Below, in pieces: positions 51,265 through 61,229 of a DNA stretch of 64,000 nucleotides (positions are counted from its first letter, which is position 1; the number at the start of each line of letters is the position of its first letter). The position numbers and the translations under genes were made by a program. The notes beneath the pieces are model-generated. The model was not told where the DNA came from. It saw only the letters and a list, made by a program, of their open reading frames with translations, and made no database searches. Origin of the DNA: Bryobacterales bacterium (GTDB lineage Bacteria > Acidobacteriota > Terriglobia > Bryobacterales > UBA6623); NCBI GenBank assembly GCA_963422375.2, contig OY729427.2:1248001-1312000 (forward strand). The letters are read 5' to 3'.

Positions 51265-53676
51265 TCACTCCTTGAGCAGGGAGTCGAGGCCGCGCTCGAA
51301 ACCGAGCTCGCGGATCGCGTCCCGGCGGCGGGCGGCCTCGACAGGGTTGGTGGTGTAGAGCCAGTAGCTGCGCTCGTCCACGCTGAGCTCCAGCACCTGG
51401 GCCGCGCCGGGCCGGTGCAGCAGCATCTGGCGCTTGGGCACGAGCGCCCGGACGGCCTCCGCCTCGGCGGGGCGGAGGCCGAAGGCCTCGACGTACTCCG
51501 AGGGATCGAGCTCGGGGTTGGCGAGGAAGATCTTGGTCAGGCAGCTCTCCGCCACGGTCCGGCAGAGGCTCCCGCTGCCTGCCGCGTCCCCGGGCGACTG
51601 CGTCGCCAGGACCACGCCGGCATTGCACTTGCGCCACGTCTTGAGGCCCTCGGCAAGATAGGCCCCGATCTGCGGGTCGGCCAGGAAGCGCCAGGCCTCG
51701 TCGACCACCAGCAGCTTCCAGCGCGTCAGCTCCTCGGGGTTCTCGATCGCCGCGGAGAGCCGGTGCAGGAGGTAGTACAGGAGCGCCCGAGCCAGCTCGG
51801 GCTTGCCGGCCGCGCTGGCCATGTCGAGCACCTGCCAGTCGGAAAGGGTGAGGGTGTCGTCGGGGTTGTCGAAGACCGCGCCCCACGCCCCGCCCTCGGT
51901 CCACGGGCCCAGGGCGGAGCGCAGCCCGCTAGGCAGCAGGCCGCGCAGGGAGGACAGCGTGCGCGAGTCGGGCTCGAGATCGCACACGGCACGGATCTGC
52001 GCCCGCAGCTCGGCACGCTCGCGGGCGTCGCAGGCCTTGCCCTCGATGTCCAGCAGCATCCGCACGAACGACTCCAGAAACAGGAGGTTGTCCGGCGTCG
52101 GCTCCAGGGCGCGGAACGGATTGAGGCGGCAGGGCAGGCCGTCGTCGGTCAGGCGCAGCTGCAGGTAGGCGCCGCCCACCAGCTCGGTCAAGTGGCGGTA
52201 GGAGCCCCCGAGGTCGAGGATGCAGACGCGCGGCGCGTACTTGCGCGCCTGAGCCAGCAGGAAGTTGAGCAGGAAGCTCTTGCCCGAGCCGGTCGCGCCG
52301 ATCACCAGCGCGTGCGAGATGTCGCCGGCGTGCGCGGAGAAGTAGTACGGCGTCCGCCTGGCCGTCTCGAAGACGGCCAGGTGCTCGTCGCCGAGGTGCC
52401 GGTCGCGCGGGCTGCCCTCCGAGACCGCCCACAGCGGCGCGAGATCGGCCGCCGCAGCCGCCGAGAGGTAGTTCCGGCGCAGCTGGCGCTCGTGGTTCCC
52501 GGGAGCCATCGCGAACCACGCGTTCAGGCCGTTGTAGGTCTCGCGATGGAAGCGGGCGTCCGCCGCCGCGGCGATGCGCAGCAGCTCCGGGCGGGCCGCC
52601 TCGACCCGCGCGTCGTCCGCTCCGCGCAGGACGACGCTCAGCGAGTGCTCCCCGAAGGGCAGCCCGTCGACCTCGAGCTCGCGCAAGGCCTCGCCCAGCT
52701 GGGCCGCCTCGGCCTCGGCCGCCTTGTCCTCGAGCGCCCCGCGGGCCTGCGGAGCCGTCTCGCCCCCCGAGGCGTGCGCCAGCATGCTGTAGCGCTTCTG
52801 GTGGTAGTGCCGTCGGGCGCCGCGAATCCGGCGGCTGGAGCGCGCCCCGTCGTCCCGCTGCCACTCGGCCGCGAGGTCGAGCTCGGCCGCGATGTCGAGG
52901 ATCCCTCCGAAGAGGTGCGCCCGGGTGACGGCCGGCGGGTCCAGCAGGGCGTAGGTCTCGACCCGCTCCGAGTCCAGGAGCAGGTGGTCGCGGTACGCTT
53001 CCACGTCGCTCAGGGCGAGCTGCCGGTCCAGCCCGTGCGGCGAAACGGCGCGGCCGGACAGGGCGGCCTGTCTCGAGTTGGCCGTGCAGGCTAGATCCCG
53101 GAACAGGTCCTCCCCGGACAGCGGCTCGAGCGGCGTGATGTCCGCCACCAGACCGCGGAAGGCCGCGACCGCTCCCTCGAAGCGCTCGCAGGCAGCGGCC
53201 AGCTGCGCGGCCAGGACGAACTTCGTCCCGTCCTGCGACAGCCAGCGCCGGAGGCGGCCCAGCAGGGCCCGGCCCCGCCCGGGCGCATCCGGGTCCGGCG
53301 CGGGCGACAGGCGGGGATCCCACAGCCAGTACACGCTCGCCTCGATCGAGTACAGGCCTCTGGCCAGCAGGTGGGCCTTGCGGGCGTCCCGGGCCCGCTC
53401 GGCGACCGCGTCGCCCGTGTCCCTCTGGGGCAGGTCCGCCAAGCGCCGCTTGCGGGCCTGCCAGCGGACGCGCCAGCCCGGATCGAGCGTCTTGAGAGCG
53501 CGGCTCCAGCGCAGGGCGGCCAGGGACAGGTCCGTCGCCGTGCGGCACTCCAGCGGCGCGCCGTGCAGACGCGCCCCGGCCAGCAGCTCGCCCCGCTTGG
53601 TGAGCACGACGCGCTCGCCGACGAAGCCGAGCCACGGAAGCTGGACGTGCAGCGAGGCGGCCTCGGAGCGCTTCAC
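51265..53676 (-). CDS. virB4: VirB4/TrbE ATPase
   Basis: Walker A GATGSGKS, Walker B LLVVDEAWRFL, RK.N..VVLATQS, KIFLANP. Confidence 0.93.
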   Translation of the reverse strand: MKRSEAASLHVQLPWLGFVGERVVLTKRGELLAGARLHGAPLECRTATDLSLAALRWSRALKTLDPGWRVRWQARKRRLADLPQRDTGDAVAERARDARKAHLLARGLYSIEASVYWLWDPRLSPAPDPDAPGRGRALLGRLRRWLSQDGTKFVLAAQLAAACERFEGAVAAFRGLVADITPLEPLSGEDLFRDLACTANSRQAALSGRAVSPHGLDRQLALSDVEAYRDHLLLDSERVETYALLDPPAVTRAHLFGGILDIAAELDLAAEWQRDDGARSSRRIRGARRHYHQKRYSMLAHASGGETAPQARGALEDKAAEAEAAQLGEALRELEVDGLPFGEHSLSVVLRGADDARVEAARPELLRIAAAADARFHRETYNGLNAWFAMAPGNHERQLRRNYLSAAAAADLAPLWAVSEGSPRDRHLGDEHLAVFETARRTPYYFSAHAGDISHALVIGATGSGKSFLLNFLLAQARKYAPRVCILDLGGSYRHLTELVGGAYLQLRLTDDGLPCRLNPFRALEPTPDNLLFLESFVRMLLDIEGKACDARERAELRAQIRAVCDLEPDSRTLSSLRGLLPSGLRSALGPWTEGGAWGAVFDNPDDTLTLSDWQVLDMASAAGKPELARALLYYLLHRLSAAIENPEELTRWKLLVVDEAWRFLADPQIGAYLAEGLKTWRKCNAGVVLATQSPGDAAGSGSLCRTVAESCLTKIFLANPELDPSEYVEAFGLRPAEAEAVRALVPKRQMLLHRPGAAQVLELSVDERSYWLYTTNPVEAARRRDAIRELGFERGLDSLLKE

Positions 53677-53993
53677 GGGGACACCTCCCGCGCGATCGCC
53701 AGGGGCGGCGGGCCGTCCGCTCGCAGCGCCGGGTCGTAGCGGCGGCTGCAAGCGGCCGACCGCAGCAGCACCGCCGGCAGGCAGGGGTCGTGCCGGGTCG
53801 CGAGCAGCCCGGCCCCGTATCCGCAGCCGAACAGCACGAGTCCCGCCAGCGGCGCGTTGAACGACGAGAAGGCCGCCGCGCCGACGCAGGCGGCGCCGAG
53901 GAACAGGCGCCGCTCGCAGCCCAGCAGCGTCAGCGGGCGGCTGAGCGCTGGGTAGGCCCGGTGCAGGGCCGGGCGGTCCGTCGCGTCGCTCAC
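53673..53993 (-). CDS. virB3: VirB3/TrbD-family protein
   Basis: ALSRPLTLLGCERRLF, two TMs, RHDP; GTGA overlaps at both ends. Confidence 0.88.
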   Translation of the reverse strand: MSDATDRPALHRAYPALSRPLTLLGCERRLFLGAACVGAAAFSSFNAPLAGLVLFGCGYGAGLLATRHDPCLPAVLLRSAACSRRYDPALRADGPPPLAIAREVSP

Positions 53994-54289
53994 GGGAACA
54001 GCCAGTTCATGAAGTTGACGGCGCCGATCGCCATGCCGACGCCGAAGATCAGGCCGGCCAGGGCCCGCTTGCTGCCGCCCTCGCCGAAGGCGAACATCAG
54101 CCCGCCGATGACGATGGCGACCAGGCTGAGGCCCCGCGCGATCGGGCCCGTGAACGCCGTCTGCAGCACCGTGACGGCCTGCAGCCACGGGCTGACGCTC
54201 TGGGCGAGGAGCGCCTGCGGCAGGGCCGCGGGCGCGAGCAGCAGCCAGGCGAGGCGCGGCGAGATGCGGAATCTGGGTCGCATGGGCAT
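53990..54289 (-). CDS. virB2: VirB2/TrbC pilin
   Basis: Leader then SPW...FTGPIARGLSLVAIVIGGLMFAFGEGG; two hydrophobic helices. Confidence 0.9.
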   Translation of the reverse strand: MPMRPRFRISPRLAWLLLAPAALPQALLAQSVSPWLQAVTVLQTAFTGPIARGLSLVAIVIGGLMFAFGEGGSKRALAGLIFGVGMAIGAVNFMNWLFP

Positions 54290-54412
54290 GGGGTTGCATC
54301 CTTTGTGCGGAATCTGGGAGAGGAGTCCCGCGGGGCCGGCCTCGGAGCCGATCGGAGCCGATTCGTCGATGGTTGGAGCTTCGCGCCCGTCTAGCCGAGC
54401 CACCGGGGAACT

Positions 54413-54492
54413 CATCTATTGATAGCTTACTGTATCTATCGATACATTGTCAAGGGAATGGCTATAAATATTCGTTTTTTATTCCATTTTCT
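54413..54492 (-). promoter_or_regulatory. AT-rich virD4-virB2 intergenic region with inverted repeats (candidate promoter/operator)
   Basis: Minus-strand TTGACA (54448-54453); inverted repeats TGTATC-tatc-GATACA and CTAT-tg-ATAG. Confidence 0.5.
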
Positions 54493-54541
54493 TCGCGGCG
54501 AGGCGAGATCGCCGCTTGCGCCTCCGGCCGGCGGGCCGGTC

Positions 54542-56485
54542 TCAGAGCTTGCTCGCGGCCACGGCCTCGAAGTAGCCCGTCTCGACCGGCAGGTACCACG
54601 GCTTCAGGTAGCAGTACGTCGGCGGCAGGGGATTGCGGCCGTCGTAGGCGGCCACGATCGCCTGCGCGTTGCGCAGTTCCGCGAAAGCCGCCGGCGGGAA
54701 GACCGGCTCCCGGCGGGGCGCGTACGACTTGGTCACGCCGAAGGTGCCCTTGCCGCCTCCGGCGCGCCCGCTCAGAAGGCCCACCCCGGCACGGGAGGAC
54801 TCGGAGATCGAGTACTGCTCCTTCAGCCGCTCGGCCTGGCCGCACGCCTCCGAGGCCTGCTTGCAGGACGCCTCGTCCGCCAGCGTCAGGAAGATGCGCG
54901 TGCGGAACGTCTGCAGCAGCGTCCGCCACGACTCCCCGGGCAGCGCCGACCGCAGCGAGCTGATTGACTGGGTCGCCACCAAGGCGACCAGCTGGGCCTG
55001 CCGCGACAGGCTGAAGAACTTCTCGTCCCCGCCCGGGTCGCTCTCCCCGACGGTCGCGAAGTTCTGGTACTCGTCGCAGACGAACGCCACGTCCCGCCAG
55101 GCCCGGCCCGGCTCGGCCGCCATGCGCGGGATGCGGGCCAGCACGGCCCGCTGAAAGTCTTGCTTGAGCATTACGCCGATCGCGCGCCCCAGGGCCGGGT
55201 TCGCCCCGATCGGCATGTTCAGCGCCAGAACCTTGCCCTCCTCCAGCGCCTCCGCGACCGGGGGCAGCGCCCAGCGCCCGCGGTACGGGCGGCCGTCGCG
55301 GTAGGCCTCCCGCGGCGGGCAGAACACGTCGGCCACGTCCGGCTGGTCGAACAGCGACAGGAAGACGCTGACGCCCTCCGCGATCGAGCTGCGCAGGCGG
55401 CTGTCGAGCTTGCTCCAGTCGTGGGCGTGCCACCGGATCACCGTCTGCAGCTCCCGCTGCTCCGGGCTGGCCGCATCGGGCTCGGCGAGCCTGTAAGTCG
55501 CGCCCTGTTCGTCGAGCGCCGCGATCAGCTCCGGGTCCGCGGTGACGAACATCTCCCCGGCGCCCTCGTCGTAGTCCCAGTCGCGCCGCGGCAGGGTCGC
55601 GGCGACCCGGCCGTACTCCTGAACAGCCGCACGCGCCTCGGACCGGAATCCCAGCGCCTCGCGCGCCCCGCCGATCCTAGCCTCGAGCCGGCTTTCGTCC
55701 AAGACCGTGAGGTACACGTCCCGCAGGGTGACGTAGCCGTCCGCGACGCGGTGCAGCAGGATCACGAATTTCACGAGGTTGGTGTAGGCCTGCTGCCAGA
55801 ACGGCTCCTTGCCCTTGCCGAAGAGCTGGTTGAGCAGCGACGCGATCTGGTAGGCCAGCGAGTACGGATCGAGGTCGGACTCGAGCGGGTTGTAGCACCA
55901 GTCCCCTTCGAGGCCCAGCTCGACGTAGTCGCTCGCGCGGCCGCAGTCGGCCAGCATCCGCCGCACCTGATGGCAGAAGTCGCCCTTGACTTCCAGCACC
56001 AGGCCGCCCGCGCGCAGGTCGGACCGCCCGGCGTGCCAGCCCAGCACCTGCCTGGCGAACGGGTACATGCAGCACGAGGTCTTGCCCGAGCCGACCGCTC
56101 CGAACACCGCCGTGCCCGCGTAGAGGCCCCGTCGCGGCACGGCCAGCCAGCCGGGCCGCGCGCTGGGTCCCGGCTGCGTGCGCCGGTGCGTCTCGCCGAT
56201 CACGAGCAGGGGCTGGTCGGAACGCGGCCAAGGGGGCAGACCGCAGGGCGAGGCCTCGCGCTCGCGGCGCTCGACGATGAGGCCCGCGACCGTAGCGGCC
56301 ATCAGAACCAGACAGGCGGGCGTCGCCGTCCAGCAGATCGCGTAGCCTAGCCGGAGCAGGTCGTGCGCGAAAGGCGAGCGTAGCGCGATCAAGACAAGGA
56401 CCGGATCCTCGCCGCTCCACGGCGCGAGCCAGCGCCACGCGGCAGTGCCGGCGAGCGCGGCGGCCAGCGCGAGCGCCCGCGTCAC
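54542..56485 (-). CDS. VirD4/TraD-like type IV coupling protein
   Basis: N-terminal TMs, Walker A GAVGSGKT, LVLEVKGD, YNPL, FW motif, Walker B FVCDEYQ, SLSRQ..ATQS. Confidence 0.88.
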   Translation of the reverse strand: MTRALALAAALAGTAAWRWLAPWSGEDPVLVLIALRSPFAHDLLRLGYAICWTATPACLVLMAATVAGLIVERREREASPCGLPPWPRSDQPLLVIGETHRRTQPGPSARPGWLAVPRRGLYAGTAVFGAVGSGKTSCCMYPFARQVLGWHAGRSDLRAGGLVLEVKGDFCHQVRRMLADCGRASDYVELGLEGDWCYNPLESDLDPYSLAYQIASLLNQLFGKGKEPFWQQAYTNLVKFVILLHRVADGYVTLRDVYLTVLDESRLEARIGGAREALGFRSEARAAVQEYGRVAATLPRRDWDYDEGAGEMFVTADPELIAALDEQGATYRLAEPDAASPEQRELQTVIRWHAHDWSKLDSRLRSSIAEGVSVFLSLFDQPDVADVFCPPREAYRDGRPYRGRWALPPVAEALEEGKVLALNMPIGANPALGRAIGVMLKQDFQRAVLARIPRMAAEPGRAWRDVAFVCDEYQNFATVGESDPGGDEKFFSLSRQAQLVALVATQSISSLRSALPGESWRTLLQTFRTRIFLTLADEASCKQASEACGQAERLKEQYSISESSRAGVGLLSGRAGGGKGTFGVTKSYAPRREPVFPPAAFAELRNAQAIVAAYDGRNPLPPTYCYLKPWYLPVETGYFEAVAASKL

Positions 56486-56650
56486 GCGGCCGGCTCCACG
56501 GTTGCTGCGGCGGGAGGCGTTACCGGCCCGGCCGACCGGCACCAAGGACGGGATGAACGAAACATATAGACATTATTATCTATCTATAGACCTGTCGCGG
56601 CGGCGGACCGGGCTGCGGTCACCTCCGCCGGGCGGCGGACGGCGCGGGAT

Positions 56651-58117
56651 TCAGCGCGACTCGATCCGCCCGTAGGGCTCCTCGAAATACTTCTCGAAGA
56701 TCCAGTCGGGCTGCCAGCGGTCGCGGGTCCGCTTCCGCCCGGTCAGGTCGATTTCCCCGGACGCAGGGCTGTCGACCTCCAGCGGATGGTCGTCGCCGAC
56801 CCTCGCCTGCCACTCCCGCATGAGGGCCGTCAGCCGCTCGATGCGAGCGGCCTGGGCGGGGTCGCCAGCAAGGTCCCGCGTCTCGTGCGGATCCGTCTCC
56901 AGATCGAACAGCTGCTCGCGGCCGATCTCGGGATAGCGGATGAGCTTCCAGCGCTCGTCCCGCACCGCCTTCATCAGGTCGCGGAACGAGGTGAAGACGG
57001 AGTCGCGCACCGATGCCGCCTCGCCGCGCCAGACTGGGGAGAGGTCGCGCCCGTCGAGGCCTGCGGGCGGGGCTACCCCGAGCATCGCGCACAGCGTCGG
57101 GAAAACGTCCAGCAGGTAGGAGAAGGCGCCAGACTCCCGGCCCCGCGGGACCCCCGGACCCGCGAAGACCAGCGGCGCGCCCATCGAGTGCTCGTACAGG
57201 TTCTGCTTGCCGAGCAGGCCGTGGCTGCCCACCGCGAGGCCGTGGTCGGCCGTGTAGACGACGATAGTGTTTCCCGCATGCGGCCCGGACTCGAGCTCCC
57301 GCAGGATGCGCCCGACCTGGCGGTCCAAGTGGGTGATCAGCCCGTAGTATTCGGATAGCTGGTCCTGCACCACGGCCTCGGTGCGCGGCCAAGGGCCCAG
57401 GCTCTCGTCCCGGCCTGTCATGTGACCGTTGTCGAAGGGATGCCGCGGCGCGAAGTTCGGCGGTAGCGGCGGCGGGTCGCGGTAGTACATGCGCCGGTAC
57501 TTCGGCGGCGGGTTGCGCGGGTCGTGGGGCGCGGTGAAGGCCACGTAGGCGAAGAAGGGCCGCTCGTCCCTGTAGTTGCGCAGGAACTCGATTGCGGCGT
57601 CCGCGAAGAGCGTGCTCGAGAACCGCGTGCCCTCGCGCTCGCGGAAGAGGCTCCCGTCAGGCCCGAGATCCTCCAGCGGCACCTTGACGTGATTCGACAT
57701 GCCGCCGAACATGATGCTGCGACCCTCTTTGAAGCTCTTCAGCCAAGACGGCCTGCGGTTGTGCCACTTGCCGGTCGCGAAGGTCGCGTAGCCGTTTCGC
57801 CCGAGCAGCTGCCCCAACGTGGTCTCCCCATCCATGTCCATCGGGATTCGGAAGTAGCTCCTGCCCGTGTTGAGCATCGCCCTGCTCGGCACGCAGACCG
57901 CGCCGCCTTGGGACCCGAGGCAGTAGGCCCGCCGAAAGCTGAAGCCCCGCGCCACGAGCCGGTCGAGGCTCGGCGTGCGGATGTAGGGATTGCCGTGCGC
58001 CCCGATGGTGTCCGGGCGCTGGTCGTCGGCGAGCAGCAGGAGCACGTTGGGCTGCGCCGCCTGCAGCGCGCAGGCGAGCAGCAGGAGAGGGACGAGTTTC
58101 GCGATTCGCGGGAACAA
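56651..58117 (-). CDS. Secreted formylglycine-dependent sulfatase
   Basis: Signal peptide, PNVLLLLADD, CVPSRA, TGKWH, TADHG. Confidence 0.93.
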   Translation of the reverse strand: MFPRIAKLVPLLLLACALQAAQPNVLLLLADDQRPDTIGAHGNPYIRTPSLDRLVARGFSFRRAYCLGSQGGAVCVPSRAMLNTGRSYFRIPMDMDGETTLGQLLGRNGYATFATGKWHNRRPSWLKSFKEGRSIMFGGMSNHVKVPLEDLGPDGSLFREREGTRFSSTLFADAAIEFLRNYRDERPFFAYVAFTAPHDPRNPPPKYRRMYYRDPPPLPPNFAPRHPFDNGHMTGRDESLGPWPRTEAVVQDQLSEYYGLITHLDRQVGRILRELESGPHAGNTIVVYTADHGLAVGSHGLLGKQNLYEHSMGAPLVFAGPGVPRGRESGAFSYLLDVFPTLCAMLGVAPPAGLDGRDLSPVWRGEAASVRDSVFTSFRDLMKAVRDERWKLIRYPEIGREQLFDLETDPHETRDLAGDPAQAARIERLTALMREWQARVGDDHPLEVDSPASGEIDLTGRKRTRDRWQPDWIFEKYFEEPYGRIESR

Positions 58118-58126
58118 GGCGCGAAC

Positions 58127-58134
58127 AGTATACT
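58127..58134. promoter_or_regulatory. Palindromic AGTATACT giving a -10 element on both strands
   Basis: Centre of the 27-bp gap between divergent start codons; TATACT lies 9-10 nt from each start. Confidence 0.65.
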
Positions 58135-58144
58135 CGTATCCCTC

Positions 58145-59659
58145 ATGCGACCAGCGACCGCGGTTCTGACTCTATGCGCGGCAGCGGCGGCCTGCCTCGG
58201 CGCGGACCGCCCCAACGTTCTCTTCCTGATGTCGGACGACCACGCGGCGCACGCCTTGGGCGCCTACGGCGGGCGGCTCGCCTCGCTCGACCCGACCCCG
58301 TTCCTCGACGAGCTCGCCTCCGAGGGGATGCTCTTCGAGAACGCGTTCTGCACCAACTCGATATGCACTCCCAGCCGCGCCACGCTCCTCACGGGCCAGT
58401 ACAGCCATGCCAATCGCGTGACCACGCTGAGCGGCCATCTCGAGAGGGACCGCCAGCACGTGCCCAACCTCGTCCGAGCCGCCGGCTACCAGACGGCGAT
58501 GGTCGGCAAGTGGCACCTCAAGCGGGAGCCGGCCTTCGACTACTACTGCGTCCTGCCCGGCCAGGGGTCGTACTTCAACCCCGTCATGCGCGAGTCCGGC
58601 GGCCCGTGGCCGTTCAACGTGCGGCGCTTCGCGGGGTACGACTCGACGCACTCGACCGACGCCATCGTGAACGCTTCCGTCGAGTGGCTGAAGCGGCGCG
58701 ACAGGGAGAGCCCCTTCTTCCTGATGACCCACTTCAAGGCGCCGCACGACAACTTCGAGAACGCCGAGCGGTACGACTTCCTGTACGAGGAAACGGCGAT
58801 CCCCGAGCCCGAGAGCCTGTGGAAGACTCCGAACCACGGCTCCGAGTCCACGCGCGGGGCGGGCACCTCGATCGGCAAGCGCAACGCGCGCCGCAACATG
58901 GGGCACCATATGTTCGTGGACCCGTCGCTCGCCGCGGAGGCCTACAAGCGGACCGCCTACCAGCGCTACCTGAAGAAGTACCTTCGCACGGTGCGGGGAG
59001 TCGACGACGGCGTGCAGCGGCTGCTGGCGCACCTCGAGCAGGAGGGGGAGCTGGACAGGACAATCATCGTCTACACGTCCGACCAAGGCTTCATGCTCGG
59101 CGAGCACGACTACATCGACAAGCGCTGGATGTACGAGGAGTCCATGCGGATTCCCCTGATCGTGCGCTATCCGGGCACGGTCGCAGCCGGCTCCCGCAGC
59201 GACGCCATCGTGAACAACACGGATCTGGCACCGACGCTGCTGGCTCTGGCCGGTGCCGAGGCGCCGGATTTCATGCAGGGTCGCAGCCTGCTCCCGCTGC
59301 TAACGGGAGCGACACCGCCGGACTGGCGCGCAGCGACCTACTACCGGTACTGGATGAACTACGCCCATCACGACGTGCCGGCGCATTACGGCATCCGGAC
59401 GAAGGATTTCAAGCTGATCTTCTTCTACGGGCTCCCGCTGGACGCCCCGGGGGCGAGACAAGCCGAGACGAGACCAGGCTGGGAGCTGTACGACCTGCGG
59501 AACGATCCCGCCGAGGCGCGGAACGTGTACGGCGAGGCCGCCTACGCAGGCATCGCGGAGGAGTTGAAGGCGGAGCTGCTGCGCATCAAGACAGAAGTCG
59601 GCGACACCGACGACAAGTATCCCGAGCTGTTGGAGATACGCGAGCGACATTGGCGCTGA
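58145..59659 (+). CDS. Secreted sulfatase
   Basis: Start MRPATAVL at 58145; PNVLFLMSDDH, CTPSRA, VGKWH, TSDQG, DKRWMYEES. Confidence 0.93.
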   Translation: MRPATAVLTLCAAAAACLGADRPNVLFLMSDDHAAHALGAYGGRLASLDPTPFLDELASEGMLFENAFCTNSICTPSRATLLTGQYSHANRVTTLSGHLERDRQHVPNLVRAAGYQTAMVGKWHLKREPAFDYYCVLPGQGSYFNPVMRESGGPWPFNVRRFAGYDSTHSTDAIVNASVEWLKRRDRESPFFLMTHFKAPHDNFENAERYDFLYEETAIPEPESLWKTPNHGSESTRGAGTSIGKRNARRNMGHHMFVDPSLAAEAYKRTAYQRYLKKYLRTVRGVDDGVQRLLAHLEQEGELDRTIIVYTSDQGFMLGEHDYIDKRWMYEESMRIPLIVRYPGTVAAGSRSDAIVNNTDLAPTLLALAGAEAPDFMQGRSLLPLLTGATPPDWRAATYYRYWMNYAHHDVPAHYGIRTKDFKLIFFYGLPLDAPGARQAETRPGWELYDLRNDPAEARNVYGEAAYAGIAEELKAELLRIKTEVGDTDDKYPELLEIRERHWR

Positions 59660-59739
59660 ACGCGTCCCCGGCTCGGCGAGGGGCGTGAGCCGGCCCGGCC
59701 CCCGGTTCGAGTCAGGGCCGACTGCCCCTGATCGGCACC

Positions 59740-60041
59740 GACGAGCGCCCCGTGTTCGACGCGCTGCCCGAGGTCGGGGCGAGGCCCGGGGCGGCGCACG
59801 CTGCGCCACGGAGGATTCGCGGGTGGCATCCAACAACGTCGCGGGAGGGCTGCGCGGCAACGCCGAGTCGACCCGGGCCCACCTCGAGGCGCTACGGCGG
59901 GAAATCTCGACGCTGCGGTGGATGATGGGTCTCGGCTTCACGGCCCTCGGCATCGAGATGACGCTGCAGGCCATGCTGCTGAAGCAGACCGGGGCGGTCC
60001 CGAAGGGGCATTGCCGTCGCGAGTCCCGTCTCCCGCTCTAG
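59740..60041 (+). pseudogene. Possible degenerate DUF1640-like small membrane protein
   Basis: LRREISTLRWMMGLGF..L resembles the C-terminus of such proteins; no clean start. Confidence 0.35.
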
Positions 60042-60875
60042 ATCGGGTCGGCGTGCCCGATACCGGGTCCGGCGGGAGAGTGGCCCGACCCCCAGCGGTA
60101 GTGCCCGATTCGAGGCCGCTCCCGCAACGGGAGCGGTGCGTCCGGCCGCCGGTCATCAGCGACCGGATTGATTCTGCCCATCCCGCCCCAGTGGCGCGGG
60201 CCCGGGAAGGTATCTCCCCGAGGTTCAGCTCCCACCGCGCCACCCAATTCGTGTCGCTATGGCCACGAGTGTCGACCGGGGCGCAGAGTCGTCGGCGAGA
60301 CCTTGCCGCCATGAGCGGCACACCGGGCCGGGCCCGGCTGCGGGGCAATGCCTATCGGCGACTCCGAATTGAACGAGCTGCTGGCGTCAACGCCTGCGCT
60401 GATCGATTCGAGGGCCGACATGTCGCCGGTGCGCCTGATGGTGATCACGCGTCGCGCCTAGCCAAACAGCGCCGCGCTTCGGATCGAGCGGAGGCGGTTG
60501 GTCACCTTGCGTAGGACCGCGGTCGGGCGCGGAGTCCGGTCCGTCACGAACAGCAGCACCTGATCACTGGTATTGCAGAAACGCTTGCGCAAGTGGACCC
60601 CGTCCGCTTGCACCGGCTCCAGCTGCAGCAGGGTCTCCGGTTGCCGCTTCAGGGCCGTCGGTAGCGCTGCGACGTGCTGTCCTGGAGCCGCTCGTGTCGC
60701 CCGACGATGGCGATGGCCTCAGGAGCCTCCCTTGTTCATGTGACTCGTAACGCGCACAGCCTCGAGACGCGACCGCCCCATTTATCACCGGCGATTTATC
60801 CCCGCTCTCTTGATGCGCGTCACTGAGATTGGTCGTAGACTAGATCGGATCAAGCGTCGACACGAGGGGAGCCGC

Positions 60876-61229
60876 ATGAGAAATCCGCGGATGAGACCGG
60901 GTGGGAAGTACTACCCGGAGTGCGTCGCCGCGATCATCGTTGCTACGGCCCTGCCAATGGTCGCGGGATGGGTGCCGCCGAACCCCTACTACGGATTCCG
61001 CATCCCGAGAACGCTGGCGTCTACCGCCGAATGGTATTGCGCCAACAGTCTCATGGGATGGCACATGATCGCCTCGCAAGCGATGGCAGTCATGTCGATG
61101 GACGCCCTGTGCCGAGCGATGGAGGGGGGCTTCGGCAAGGACCGGGTGACATGGGGGGTGCTGTGGTCATGCGCGACTGCGCTGGTCGGCATCGGAACCG
61201 GCTTGCTTCACTATGCCCTGAGAGTTTGA
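60876..61229 (+). CDS. SdpI-family membrane protein
   Basis: VPPNPYYGFRIPRTL...WYCAN motif, three TMs, GAGGGGAG SD. Confidence 0.8.
   Translation: MRNPRMRPGGKYYPECVAAIIVATALPMVAGWVPPNPYYGFRIPRTLASTAEWYCANSLMGWHMIASQAMAVMSMDALCRAMEGGFGKDRVTWGVLWSCATALVGIGTGLLHYALRV

Noticed and set aside
60040..60790. Degenerate coding remnants on the minus strand
   Set aside because: No recognisable motif or continuous frame.
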